The translations under genes and the position numbers were made by a program. From a virus, in the IMG/VR virus record IMGVR_UViG_3300032308_002092, positions 87,208 to 151,207 of that record: a DNA stretch of 64,000 bases; one strand, written 5' to 3'. Shown in pieces: positions 25,749 through 35,051 of the stretch. Under the pieces are notes generated by a model, which was given only the letters and a program-made list of their open reading frames with translations, did not search any database and was not told the origin of the DNA. Every line of letters begins with the position of its first letter. Within the stretch, counting starts at the first letter, position 1.

Positions 25749-26379
25749 GATAGCTGTCTCTAAGTTAATAAGCCATGGATTACAACAACTTAGGGCGGAC
25801 GAAGAATCCTTTAGAGATCTTTTTTGCTACTTAAGTCACGACCCATTTATGATCGATGCTTACGGACCAGCCTACGTAGATAGGTTGTGGGAATGGTTTA
25901 ACACCGATAAAATAAGGGTTATTCAGGGCTGGTCTCTAAATATGCAGAGCGTGCCATGCTACTCTATAACTCTATCTTCTGAGGTTGAAGATGAGTCTAC
26001 GGCAGCTCTGAGCGACTACTATGGTGACGCTGAGTGCAGCGAGCTACTTGTATACCCAAAGATAGTGAATCTTGATATAGGGTGTCACGCAAGTAAATCC
26101 CCAGATCAAGTACTTTGGCTTTACTACATACTTTCATACCTTCTGTTTAAAAATAAAAGGTATGCAGAATCAATGGGTTTGGAGCTACAGACAGCTACAG
26201 CATCAGACTGGGCTAGGGAAAACGGCAAGACCCCAGAGAACATCTACACTAGATGGGTAAGAATGCGAGTAAAATCATGGGATACACTAATAGGAGATAG
26301 GTTCTCAGGACCTTACGATTTGGAAATAGAATTAGACGTAGAAAGGCTTAACAATGAGCAAGAAAACACAGAAGAATAA
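25729..26379 (+). CDS. Tail terminator / completion protein
   Basis: Synteny before sheath. Confidence 0.5.
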   Translation: MPFAMPEIAVSKLISHGLQQLRADEESFRDLFCYLSHDPFMIDAYGPAYVDRLWEWFNTDKIRVIQGWSLNMQSVPCYSITLSSEVEDESTAALSDYYGDAECSELLVYPKIVNLDIGCHASKSPDQVLWLYYILSYLLFKNKRYAESMGLELQTATASDWARENGKTPENIYTRWVRMRVKSWDTLIGDRFSGPYDLEIELDVERLNNEQENTEE

Positions 26380-26668
26380 CCCGCAACCTGCACCAGTGAG
26401 TCCAGAGCCTGCAGTGGTTGATTGGGCTGCTATTGCCGCTCTAGAGAAGCAGGCTCTAGAAGCCGCTAGAAAGATTGAGCCAATCGTAAGCAGTGAGCCA
26501 GAGGCTTTATCGTTTGAAGACTGGTGGTTACTCCGCGAAGTCCTCATCAATAAGCCCGGCCATTATAAAGAGATACTCAAGGCTGACTTCAATGCCCGCG
26601 GCCTGAGTAAGAAAGAGCCGCTTGAGCGGTGGGACTGGGCTGGTAAGCAGTTTGGACTTAAGTGGTGA
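26354..26668 (+). CDS. Hypothetical protein
   Basis: Overlaps previous gene. Confidence 0.6.
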   Translation: MSKKTQKNNPQPAPVSPEPAVVDWAAIAALEKQALEAARKIEPIVSSEPEALSFEDWWLLREVLINKPGHYKEILKADFNARGLSKKEPLERWDWAGKQFGLKW

Positions 26669-26762
26669 GCTAAGTAGGGTTTTTGAGTTAGATAATCCTC
26701 AACTACCCACATAGGTTATAATGAAGAGTGATCTTTTAGGACTAGGATTGGAGGTCAAATAA

Positions 26763-29321
26763 ATGGCTATTAGTGTAAGTTTCAACGGTGCGACGATTTT
26801 TAAGCCGGGCGCATATTCTCGTCGTTTCATCGACTTAGGCGGAAACCTGCCACTCGGACCTGCTGGTCTTATCGCTATCCTCGGGGAAGCAGATGCTGGT
26901 ACGCCAGGTGATGCAGAGGTTGACATCAAGGACAATTTCTTCACCGCAGACTCTATCTCTGTTGCTCGCGACAAGTATAGGTCGGGTCCGATTCTCGACG
27001 CTCTCAACTTCTTGTTCTCGCCTGCATCTGACGGCGCCATCCCAAATGGTGCCCAGGTAGTTTGGGTTTACAAGACGAACTCCTCTAGCAGAGCATCGCT
27101 TGCTTTAGCAAATAGCTACGGCACAGCAAGGGCTCGCGAATGGGGCGTTGGTGGTAACAGGGTTACTGCTCGCGTAACGCTCTCTGGTGCAGGTCAGGCA
27201 GAAGCGGCAAGCGCAGCACTCAACTTTAACGCTGAAGAGCTCCAACTCGGCGGCGGCACGCCAGTCGACGGATCTGTTCTTGCAGTTCCTCCTACTGGTT
27301 ACTACTTCGACGTTTCTTCTGCAACCACCAACTACAGAGTGTGGTTCGATGCTGGTTCACAGACCGCTCCTGCTGCTGCGAGTAAGACTCTTGTTCAAGT
27401 TGTTGTTGGGCCATCTGATACAACTGCTCAAGTTCTTACTGCACTTAAGGCTGCTCTTGAAGGCTTAAGTGGAAATCCATTCTGGGCAACCATCAATGGG
27501 ACCCATATCTTCATCAAGATTAGGTCGTTCGGTGCAGCTCTGCTTCCATCGAGTATCGGCACCATCCCAGCTACAGCAAGTATCTCTACTGATTCTGGCA
27601 GCGGTCATTGGCTCAACTCTAGGTCTTTCTCTTTCAGAGCAAACGGCGGATCAGTCGTAGGACCAGTAACGCTTTCTGGTGCAGAAGCGAACCATGACAC
27701 ACTCGCTGAGATCGCAAGTGAACTAAATGCTCTTCCAGCATTTAACGGCGACTTGGTTGCATCCGTATCTGGTCAAACAATCGTATTTAAGTCAATCGCT
27801 GTTGCCAACAAGCATCGCGACGGTTTCTCTGAGACCTTCGAGCTCGTTGACTCTACTGCTGGTGATTTGGCTGCTCTTGGTCAAACTGCTGGTCTCAAGC
27901 TTCCTTCTGCTGAGCCACGCGCTAGCATCAAGATCGACCAGAAGCGCGACCTGCTCGTCGAAGAGTCTACTCTCGGCGGAAACGCAGTTCTTACTTTTGG
28001 TCACGACGGCTCTGGCGGTGTAACTTCTGCAAGCGTGTCTGTGACAGCAAGCCAGGTTACTATCACTACGAACCTTGGATCTGAGTCTTTTGACAAGGCT
28101 GCATTCACAACCGTTAAGCAGCTAGCTGATGCAGTTGAGCTTCTTCCTGGTTGGGAAGCTGCTGTTTCGAACACTGTGTACAACTCCCTACCTCTTTCCG
28201 TACTTGACGTAGTTTCTACTGTCGGCGCTCTTAAGACAGCTGCTGGCGCTAAGCCTGCTCGTATCAAGAAAGATGCGTTTGAAGTTGCTCAGTTCTTCGC
28301 TCAATCCCAAAGCGTTGAAGCCGTCGGACAATCCGTAACTGGTCTTCCAGAGGCTCTGATTGAAACATTCCTTGCTGGCGGAGCAAAGGGCGCATCGCTC
28401 TCTAGCGACATCGTTGACGGTCTAGCTAAGTTCGAGAAGTTCCACGTTAACTTCGTTGTTCCTCTCTTTAGCCGCGACGCTACTGCTGATATTGCTGACA
28501 GCCTTACTGACGCTGGATCTACATACACGATCGACGGTATTCACCAAGCGGTTAAGACACACATCTCTTTGATGAAGACAACTAAGAGACGCAGTGAGCG
28601 CCAAGGCGTTCTCTCACTCAAGAAGAGCTACGATGACTGTAAGACTTCTGCTGGGACACTTGCAGATGCCAGACTCCAGTTGGTAATCCAAGATGCTCGT
28701 CAGATCGATGCAGCTGGTAACATCAAGTGGTTCCAACCATGGGCTCTTGCCTGCTTGGTCGCTGGCGCTCGTGGTGGAGCTCCTATCGGTCTACCTCTGA
28801 CGTTCAAGTTCTTGAACCTCTCTGGTATCCGTCAGACAGCTCAACCTATGACGACTGCAGAAGCAGATATCGTAGTCGACTTCGATCCAGATGTCCAGTA
28901 TGATGACGCAATCCAAAGCGGTATCACCTTCTTGGAAGCTCCTCAGACTGGCGGATTCCGCGTAGTTGTTGATAACACAACTTACGGCATCGACAACAAC
29001 TGGGTATACAATCGTGCCAACGTTCTGTATGCTGCTGACATCATTGAGTTCAACTTCCGTAATGCGATGGAATCGCGCTACGTAGGTGTTAAGAATACTG
29101 TTAGGGCTTCTGAAGTCAAATCGACTGCTGAATCCGTAATGGCTACGTTCTTGGCTCAAGGGATCACAGTTAGTACGAATGATGCCCCTCAAGGCTTCCG
29201 CGATATGAGCGTACGTATTGAAGGCAATACGATCTACATCACGGTAACCGTGAAGTTGGTCGAAGGAATTGACTTCGTACTCAACGACATCACTCTCCAG
29301 AGAGCTACTCAGCAAGCCTAA
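26763..29321 (+). CDS. Tail sheath protein
   Basis: FKPGAYS N-terminus, sheath-type C-terminus (VVDNTTY..VEGIDFVLNDITL), followed by tube genes. Confidence 0.9.
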   Translation: MAISVSFNGATIFKPGAYSRRFIDLGGNLPLGPAGLIAILGEADAGTPGDAEVDIKDNFFTADSISVARDKYRSGPILDALNFLFSPASDGAIPNGAQVVWVYKTNSSSRASLALANSYGTARAREWGVGGNRVTARVTLSGAGQAEAASAALNFNAEELQLGGGTPVDGSVLAVPPTGYYFDVSSATTNYRVWFDAGSQTAPAAASKTLVQVVVGPSDTTAQVLTALKAALEGLSGNPFWATINGTHIFIKIRSFGAALLPSSIGTIPATASISTDSGSGHWLNSRSFSFRANGGSVVGPVTLSGAEANHDTLAEIASELNALPAFNGDLVASVSGQTIVFKSIAVANKHRDGFSETFELVDSTAGDLAALGQTAGLKLPSAEPRASIKIDQKRDLLVEESTLGGNAVLTFGHDGSGGVTSASVSVTASQVTITTNLGSESFDKAAFTTVKQLADAVELLPGWEAAVSNTVYNSLPLSVLDVVSTVGALKTAAGAKPARIKKDAFEVAQFFAQSQSVEAVGQSVTGLPEALIETFLAGGAKGASLSSDIVDGLAKFEKFHVNFVVPLFSRDATADIADSLTDAGSTYTIDGIHQAVKTHISLMKTTKRRSERQGVLSLKKSYDDCKTSAGTLADARLQLVIQDARQIDAAGNIKWFQPWALACLVAGARGGAPIGLPLTFKFLNLSGIRQTAQPMTTAEADIVVDFDPDVQYDDAIQSGITFLEAPQTGGFRVVVDNTTYGIDNNWVYNRANVLYAADIIEFNFRNAMESRYVGVKNTVRASEVKSTAESVMATFLAQGITVSTNDAPQGFRDMSVRIEGNTIYITVTVKLVEGIDFVLNDITLQRATQQA

Positions 29322-29347
29322 TAGCCAACCTAAACAGTAGGTGAGTT

Positions 29348-29380
29348 AAACCCCATATCCTAGGATATGGGGTTTTACTT
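29348..29380 (+). terminator. Intrinsic terminator after sheath
   Basis: Perfect palindrome AAACCCCATATCCTAGGATATGGGGTTT followed by T-rich tract. Confidence 0.75.
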
Positions 29381-29467
29381 TATGCGTGATACAATATGAA
29401 AGTGATGTGCCATTGTGGCCTTCACTCTAAGTATTATGGGTTCTAGAGTCCCAAGGGAGATTATACA

Positions 29468-30046
29468 ATGGCAGGGAAGAAAACCTCTTTAATTACAGGC
29501 AGTAACGCCAAGATCAAGATCAATGGCGTTACGTTGGCTTATGCAACCGATGTGAGTTTTGACGTAACAGTCCAAACCATCCCAGTAGAGACAATGGGTC
29601 GCTACGAAGTTCTGAGCAATGAGCCAATTGCTACTACAGTTCAGGGTTCTTTCTCGGTGGTTCGATACACTAATCGCGCTAAGGCAAACAACATCTCAGG
29701 TGCTGCTGCAAACGGGAACGGTATTGGTCGCTGGGGAACTCGAGCTGGTGGCGAAGGCGGTGCAATTGCTGGTCAAAACAGCGGTATGTCTACGCATGTA
29801 AACCCTGGTGACATCTTGACATCGACAACTGTAGATATCGAGATCTATCAGAAGTTTGTAAACGATCCTAACGACCCAACTGGTCAGACTAGATTTAAGC
29901 GTCTTACGGACTGCCGAGTAACCAGACAGTCTGGCTCTGTAAACAAGCGCGGAATCCTTACAGAATCCTATCAGTTTGTTGGCGAGCTCGCGGATGACGA
30001 CAGCTTCACACAGAAGATCTCTGGTGAGGAAGACCTCAGTAACTAA
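29468..30046 (+). CDS. Tail tube protein
   Basis: ITGSNAKIKING..PVETMGRYE..; follows sheath. Confidence 0.8.
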   Translation: MAGKKTSLITGSNAKIKINGVTLAYATDVSFDVTVQTIPVETMGRYEVLSNEPIATTVQGSFSVVRYTNRAKANNISGAAANGNGIGRWGTRAGGEGGAIAGQNSGMSTHVNPGDILTSTTVDIEIYQKFVNDPNDPTGQTRFKRLTDCRVTRQSGSVNKRGILTESYQFVGELADDDSFTQKISGEEDLSN

Positions 30047-30111
30047 GTTCGCTTACAGCCCAATATAGCCTATCACTACGTAGAGTAGAATAGGCTATAT
30101 TGGGAGGTTTC

Positions 30112-30702
30112 ATGGCCAACAAAGCTCCATTCTTCATTAGTGGTGGAAATGCGAAGTTACGCGTAAACGGCGTAACCTTAGCGTATGTTACCGATTTCAA
30201 ATACTCTATTAAGATCAATCATACAGATGTCAGAATACTCGGCGTGTACGAACATGACACAGCAGAACCTATGTCTTACGACGTAGACGGAAGCTTTACT
30301 ATAATCCGTTACGTAGAGGGCATGGTCAAGAGAGCCAAAGACAAACGTCAAGCAGTACCCAACGGTGCCAGCAATGCCGGTAACGGTGTTGGCAGCTGGA
30401 CTAGGGGTTCGAGCACAGCTATTGGTAGACTTAAGGCGGGTCAGTTCAATGACGGTCGCGCCAATGAAGCTTTAGATCCGAGCACATTCCAAAACTCTAC
30501 GTGGTTCGATATAGAGTTCTATCAGAAGATCGGCAACGGCCAAACCGGCGTGGCTCGCATACGCAACTGTAAAATTACCAGTGCCGAGTCCCAAGTGGGT
30601 AAGCGAGGTCTCATGACCCAGACCTTCACGTTTATCGCGAATGCAGTAGATGAAGACTCCTTTATTGCAAACTCATCGGGCGTTGGTCAAACTACGGCGT
30701 AA
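30112..30702 (+). CDS. Tail tube paralogue 2
   Basis: Clear similarity to 29468 (NAKLRVNGVTLAY, GNGVGSW, KRGLMTQTF). Confidence 0.75.
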   Translation: MANKAPFFISGGNAKLRVNGVTLAYVTDFKYSIKINHTDVRILGVYEHDTAEPMSYDVDGSFTIIRYVEGMVKRAKDKRQAVPNGASNAGNGVGSWTRGSSTAIGRLKAGQFNDGRANEALDPSTFQNSTWFDIEFYQKIGNGQTGVARIRNCKITSAESQVGKRGLMTQTFTFIANAVDEDSFIANSSGVGQTTA

Positions 30703-30711
30703 GGATATCTA

Positions 30712-31293
30712 ATGTCTAGATCTGGTTTTGATAGAAGCGGCGGCAAAATAGTAGATAGGGTTGCCAATAACCTACTCTCTAATATAGGCAACATATCAAC
30801 CAAGCCTGAAGCTAAGTACCACACGGGTGCGCGGTGTGTAGTTAAGGTGAATGGTGTACTAGTCGGTTTTGCATTCTCAGTATCCTGGTCTATCCAAACA
30901 GAGAACCAAGAGATACGCACCATAGATGAGTATCTACCAGTAGAGCTAGCGCCCAGCATGGTCTCTGTAAGTGGGACAATGGGGACGTTTGTTATACCGG
31001 GCCGTAGTGCTACTTCAGAGCGACTACAGTCTAACGCGTTGTCTTTTATGCAAAACAAATACATCACCATAGAGATCTCAGACTCTGCTACTGGCACCCT
31101 GTTATTCAAGACTAACAAGGCGGTCATAACTGGACAGTCGACCAGCATTCAGTCAGAGCAGATGTCTGTGACACAGCTAACCTGGAAGGCAATCGGTTGG
31201 CAACATGAGTTTGCCCCAGAAGAGCCCACCGAATCCGGTGGCGATAGACTAGTCTCTGGTGTTAAGAATTTCGCTAAAACTTTGGGCTTTTAG
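30712..31293 (+). CDS. Tail tube-like protein 3 (tube initiator?)
   Basis: TGARCVVKVNGVLVGFA..EIRTIDEYLPVEL tube-like pattern. Confidence 0.65.
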   Translation: MSRSGFDRSGGKIVDRVANNLLSNIGNISTKPEAKYHTGARCVVKVNGVLVGFAFSVSWSIQTENQEIRTIDEYLPVELAPSMVSVSGTMGTFVIPGRSATSERLQSNALSFMQNKYITIEISDSATGTLLFKTNKAVITGQSTSIQSEQMSVTQLTWKAIGWQHEFAPEEPTESGGDRLVSGVKNFAKTLGF

Positions 31294-31318
31294 TATAATC
31301 CATTGATGGAGGATAATC

Positions 31319-31699
31319 ATGGAACTACCATCACGCGAGAAGACTTTCTACTTTGATCACACAGGTGAATCTGGCTTTAGGTATGAGGGTCACTTCACTA
31401 TTAAGTGTAGGCTGAATACAGCAGAGAAAATTTCTAGAGAGAACGAGATCTCTAGGCTACTTGGGGATTCAACCAACCCAACCAGGGAACTACAGTCCCT
31501 GGCACTATGCCTTGCGACGTGCCGCGTACATGTTATCGATGCCCCCGAGTGGTTTAAGCAGACTAGAGGTCTTTTAGAAGACGACTCTGCACTTGCTGAA
31601 CTATATATTAAGATTATGGACACCACCGACGAGTGGCGCAAAGAGGTGTCTAAGAACGCCTCTAAGACAGATAAAAAAGAAGAGCAAGTGGGAAACTAG
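31319..31699 (+). CDS. Tail assembly chaperone (G)
   Basis: Lies between tube and tape measure; ends in slippery G-GGA-AAC-TAG. Confidence 0.8.
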   Translation: MELPSREKTFYFDHTGESGFRYEGHFTIKCRLNTAEKISRENEISRLLGDSTNPTRELQSLALCLATCRVHVIDAPEWFKQTRGLLEDDSALAELYIKIMDTTDEWRKEVSKNASKTDKKEEQVGN

Positions 31700-32160
31700 A
31701 CGCGGATAGGGAAGATGATTCCCTCTCCGCTTTAGAAGCCATAGATAAACTCACCTACAACATAGCTCGTGCTGCTCTAAGCACCGAGCAATCACAACTA
31801 TTATTCCTACGCTCCTGGTGGTCTAAGTACTATAATCGTCCATTAAAAGATCCGCTATTACAAGAGTATACGCTAGAAGACCTGTATTACGAGTACAGGG
31901 ACAAGGTTGAGCGCGAAGAGGCTGCTCAAGAAGCCTCTGAAGAAGCTACTGATAATATAGAACAGAAGAAGATAGACGAAGCCATGGCTTGGGCGGAAGA
32001 GGAAGAGCTGAGAGAGCAAGAAGCGCTAGCTCAGGAGCCAACTGACACCGACACCTTATCTGAGGACGACAAGGCCTGGATGGAGGACCAGCTCGAGCAG
32101 GCTAAGGCTATCTACGGTGAAGACTTTGGCGAAGATATAGTAGAGGACTTCGATGGCTGA
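31690..32160 (+). CDS. Tail assembly chaperone -1 frameshift extension (GT)
   Basis: -1 frame from GGGAAAC (31690-31696) is open for 156 codons to TGA 32158-32160 with no start codon near its 5' end. Confidence 0.85.
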   Translation, partial: GKLDADREDDSLSALEAIDKLTYNIARAALSTEQSQLLFLRSWWSKYYNRPLKDPLLQEYTLEDLYYEYRDKVEREEAAQEASEEATDNIEQKKIDEAMAWAEEEELREQEALAQEPTDTDTLSEDDKAWMEDQLEQAKAIYGEDFGEDIVEDFDG

Positions 32161-35038
32161 CAACGACGATATCAATAGCCGTAAAGACAAGAAGCATATC
32201 AACGAGCGCACCGACAGCTTCATGAAGCCGTATGTAGAGGCTGTCGATAAGTTCAATAGATTGAAAAATCTAGAAACCAAAGGACTTAGAGACCAAGAGC
32301 GCGACTGGCACGAAGAGCAGGAATATTACGATACACTTCAAAAACGCTATGGCCACATATACGAAGACGCACTAGGCACTCCAGAAGGCTCTAAAGAAAG
32401 AGTCGCTCTAAATAGGATGGAGAATCGTCTAACTCAAACAAAAGAGAGAGTGTCTACTCTTGGCGATAATTATGTTCAAAATCTAACTGAACACGACCTG
32501 ATGCTTCGCGAGCGTATGGCTAACCAGGTGCGCGAGCATGCCAATAAGGACATGTCGCTAAAGTCCTTGCCTTTCGCTGCAAGAGCTCACGCCATGCATC
32601 GAGCAAAAATCCTGGTCGAGAGCGGTGGTATTAATGAATCAAGGATACAAGAGGGTAAGGAACAGCTAGCAGCTAAAGCAGATACTCAGCGAGCTTCGTT
32701 GTTTGAAACCATCAGCAATATGAGCAATACCGATGAGCTTGATAAGGAGTTTCTAGGCAAGGCAAAAAAGTTAGAGACAACTAAGAGAAGAGCTGTAACG
32801 CTAGAGGCCGCAGAGCAAGTAATAAAGAGCAAGGGCTTAGATACCGAGAGCGTACTAAAGTCAAGCGAAGCCAAGAGAGAAAAGATACTCGCCCAGAGAG
32901 ACAATCTAGCTCTACAATACAAGGTCTCGCAGGGTAAGACTGGTACCATGGACGAAGAGTCTAGTAAGCTTAATGATTTAACCAATAAGTTTCTAGATGC
33001 TCAGCAGAAATTTATCGACGCGCTCGACGAGTCACCAGAGGCCCTGGAAGATTTCAAGAAATCAGTGGTCGATGCTGGCAAAGCCATGGATGATCAGAAT
33101 AAGATCGTCAAGGAGATGAATAGGCAAGGCAAGGATAGCGGGAATCGTGGAAGCATGATTTCTGTCCTTGACGCGGCATCTGCTGGGATACAAGCAGCGG
33201 GTAAGTTGTATACTTACGGAGCAGTTACTTCTGAGAATCAACAGATGGCGCAAAGAGCGCAGTTTGCTAGAATACAAAACCAGACATTCATGGAGCACTA
33301 TGGTGCATCCCAAGGCGACATGATGGCGTTGGCAATGGTACAGTCGCAAGCCGCAGGTCGATCTACAGAGAAGGGCAACGAACAAGGCAAAGACATGTTA
33401 ATCGGTCAGACTATAGACGCAGCAGGTGCGGGTATTAGTGCTGGCCTAGATATATCTGCTGCGTCTGGTAGTACTTTAAATCCAGTAGGTATTGCTGCTA
33501 AGGCCGCAAAAGAAGCCGCAAGGCATGCAGAAGCGCTTGGTATGCGAGGCATAGATGTGACTCGAGGCATTTCTGTAAACCAAGCAAGCATAGAAGGCTA
33601 CCAAAACCGATACGATTTATCTAGAGCTACAAATGAGATCAAGGGCTCTGCGATGCAAGAGTTCTACAATCAGTCCGCAACCAACTTTGCTGCGTCTTCT
33701 GGTTTTGGCCAAAGAAGAAGCGACGTTTTCTCTGAGATGCAGAAGAGCAGACTAGGGATGGCAGGTCTAGGAGTTAGCACCGAAGAACAAGCAGCGATGT
33801 ACCAGACTGCGGCTCGCTCAATGGGTGACGTGTTCACGAAACGCGGCGCAGCAGGCATGCAGGCTGCGGTCAGTAGAGCTGCTGAGGTTGGAGTCTCTGG
33901 CGTAACTTCTGGACAAGATTACCTCGCTAGAATCGGCCAAGTAGCTCAGGTTGGTGGTAGCGATAAGCAGATAGAAGACATCTTGGCCAACGCTGTCGCA
34001 AGAGGCGTAGATGATGCTAAGTCATTTGGCGACATGGTAGACTCCCTAACTCAACTATCTGGATCGTCAGCTGCATCTGGTATAGATGTTACCGGAGCCA
34101 CTAACGCAGGCATGCTTCGTAGTTTGGACTCTACTAGAGGCAATGGTCTCGATCAGAGATTGAACTTAAATGCGGTAGAGAAAGGCATGCAAGCTGTAAA
34201 AGCAATGTCCTCCGATACTGGGCTGACATTTGCATCTCTGATAGAGCAGGCTGACCTGTCCAATAAGTTCTCAGATATGTCTATGCCTGGTAGGGCTAAC
34301 GCAGCTGCTGTGAGTACAGAGGAAGCAAGGACCGTTCAAGGACTATTGAAGGCCGGCGAAACGAAGCTAGCGAAGACCACTGCAGAGAGACTCGGTATCT
34401 CAGAGATGTTCTTTGATCAATCTGGGGAGCTGCGCGAAGACGCACAGAAAAGAGCTTCTGATTTTGTAGAGACGAAACGCTCTAAGATCATGTCGAATTT
34501 GTCAGCGCTGACGACCGATAAAGATCAAATTGAAAGAATAAAGAGCGGTAATCTAATACCGGGCGACGATGCGATAGTAAAGGCCAGTGGTTTAAATAGA
34601 GAGGGGCTTGCTTCACTTGGTAATGGCGAATTCTCTAAAGAGGAATTGAAACAAATAACAGGTGACGCAGCCGCAGCTCAGATGAGCACTAAAGTAGCTC
34701 CAGCTACCGGTAAGGCTAGGATGTCTGGTGCCGGGGAGGAAGTTGGTGGTGGTCTAGGCAAGATAGCAGCGGAGATGAGCAGGATAGCTACGTCACTCGA
34801 GCCACTAAAGGCAATGACTAAAGCTACTACAGCCGCAGGCGAGATGAAGTTGGATACAGGAGCATTCGATGGCTCTGTCGCCAACTTTACCGCAGCAGTG
34901 GATAAATTTATCGCAGCTATAGGCGAAAAAGGCGGACCTGGTTCTTCAGTAAAACCGGCAACATCGACGACCACAGTACAACCAGCTAGTGATATTCGGC
35001 CGAATATGAGGAAAAGCTCACCTAAGGCTTTACAATAA
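32153..35038 (+). CDS. Tape measure protein
   Basis: 961 aa, Ala/Gly/Gln-rich and helical, follows frameshifted chaperone. Confidence 0.85.
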   Translation: MADNDDINSRKDKKHINERTDSFMKPYVEAVDKFNRLKNLETKGLRDQERDWHEEQEYYDTLQKRYGHIYEDALGTPEGSKERVALNRMENRLTQTKERVSTLGDNYVQNLTEHDLMLRERMANQVREHANKDMSLKSLPFAARAHAMHRAKILVESGGINESRIQEGKEQLAAKADTQRASLFETISNMSNTDELDKEFLGKAKKLETTKRRAVTLEAAEQVIKSKGLDTESVLKSSEAKREKILAQRDNLALQYKVSQGKTGTMDEESSKLNDLTNKFLDAQQKFIDALDESPEALEDFKKSVVDAGKAMDDQNKIVKEMNRQGKDSGNRGSMISVLDAASAGIQAAGKLYTYGAVTSENQQMAQRAQFARIQNQTFMEHYGASQGDMMALAMVQSQAAGRSTEKGNEQGKDMLIGQTIDAAGAGISAGLDISAASGSTLNPVGIAAKAAKEAARHAEALGMRGIDVTRGISVNQASIEGYQNRYDLSRATNEIKGSAMQEFYNQSATNFAASSGFGQRRSDVFSEMQKSRLGMAGLGVSTEEQAAMYQTAARSMGDVFTKRGAAGMQAAVSRAAEVGVSGVTSGQDYLARIGQVAQVGGSDKQIEDILANAVARGVDDAKSFGDMVDSLTQLSGSSAASGIDVTGATNAGMLRSLDSTRGNGLDQRLNLNAVEKGMQAVKAMSSDTGLTFASLIEQADLSNKFSDMSMPGRANAAAVSTEEARTVQGLLKAGETKLAKTTAERLGISEMFFDQSGELREDAQKRASDFVETKRSKIMSNLSALTTDKDQIERIKSGNLIPGDDAIVKASGLNREGLASLGNGEFSKEELKQITGDAAAAQMSTKVAPATGKARMSGAGEEVGGGLGKIAAEMSRIATSLEPLKAMTKATTAAGEMKLDTGAFDGSVANFTAAVDKFIAAIGEKGGPGSSVKPATSTTTVQPASDIRPNMRKSSPKALQ

Positions 35039-35051
35039 GATGGGTCCATGA

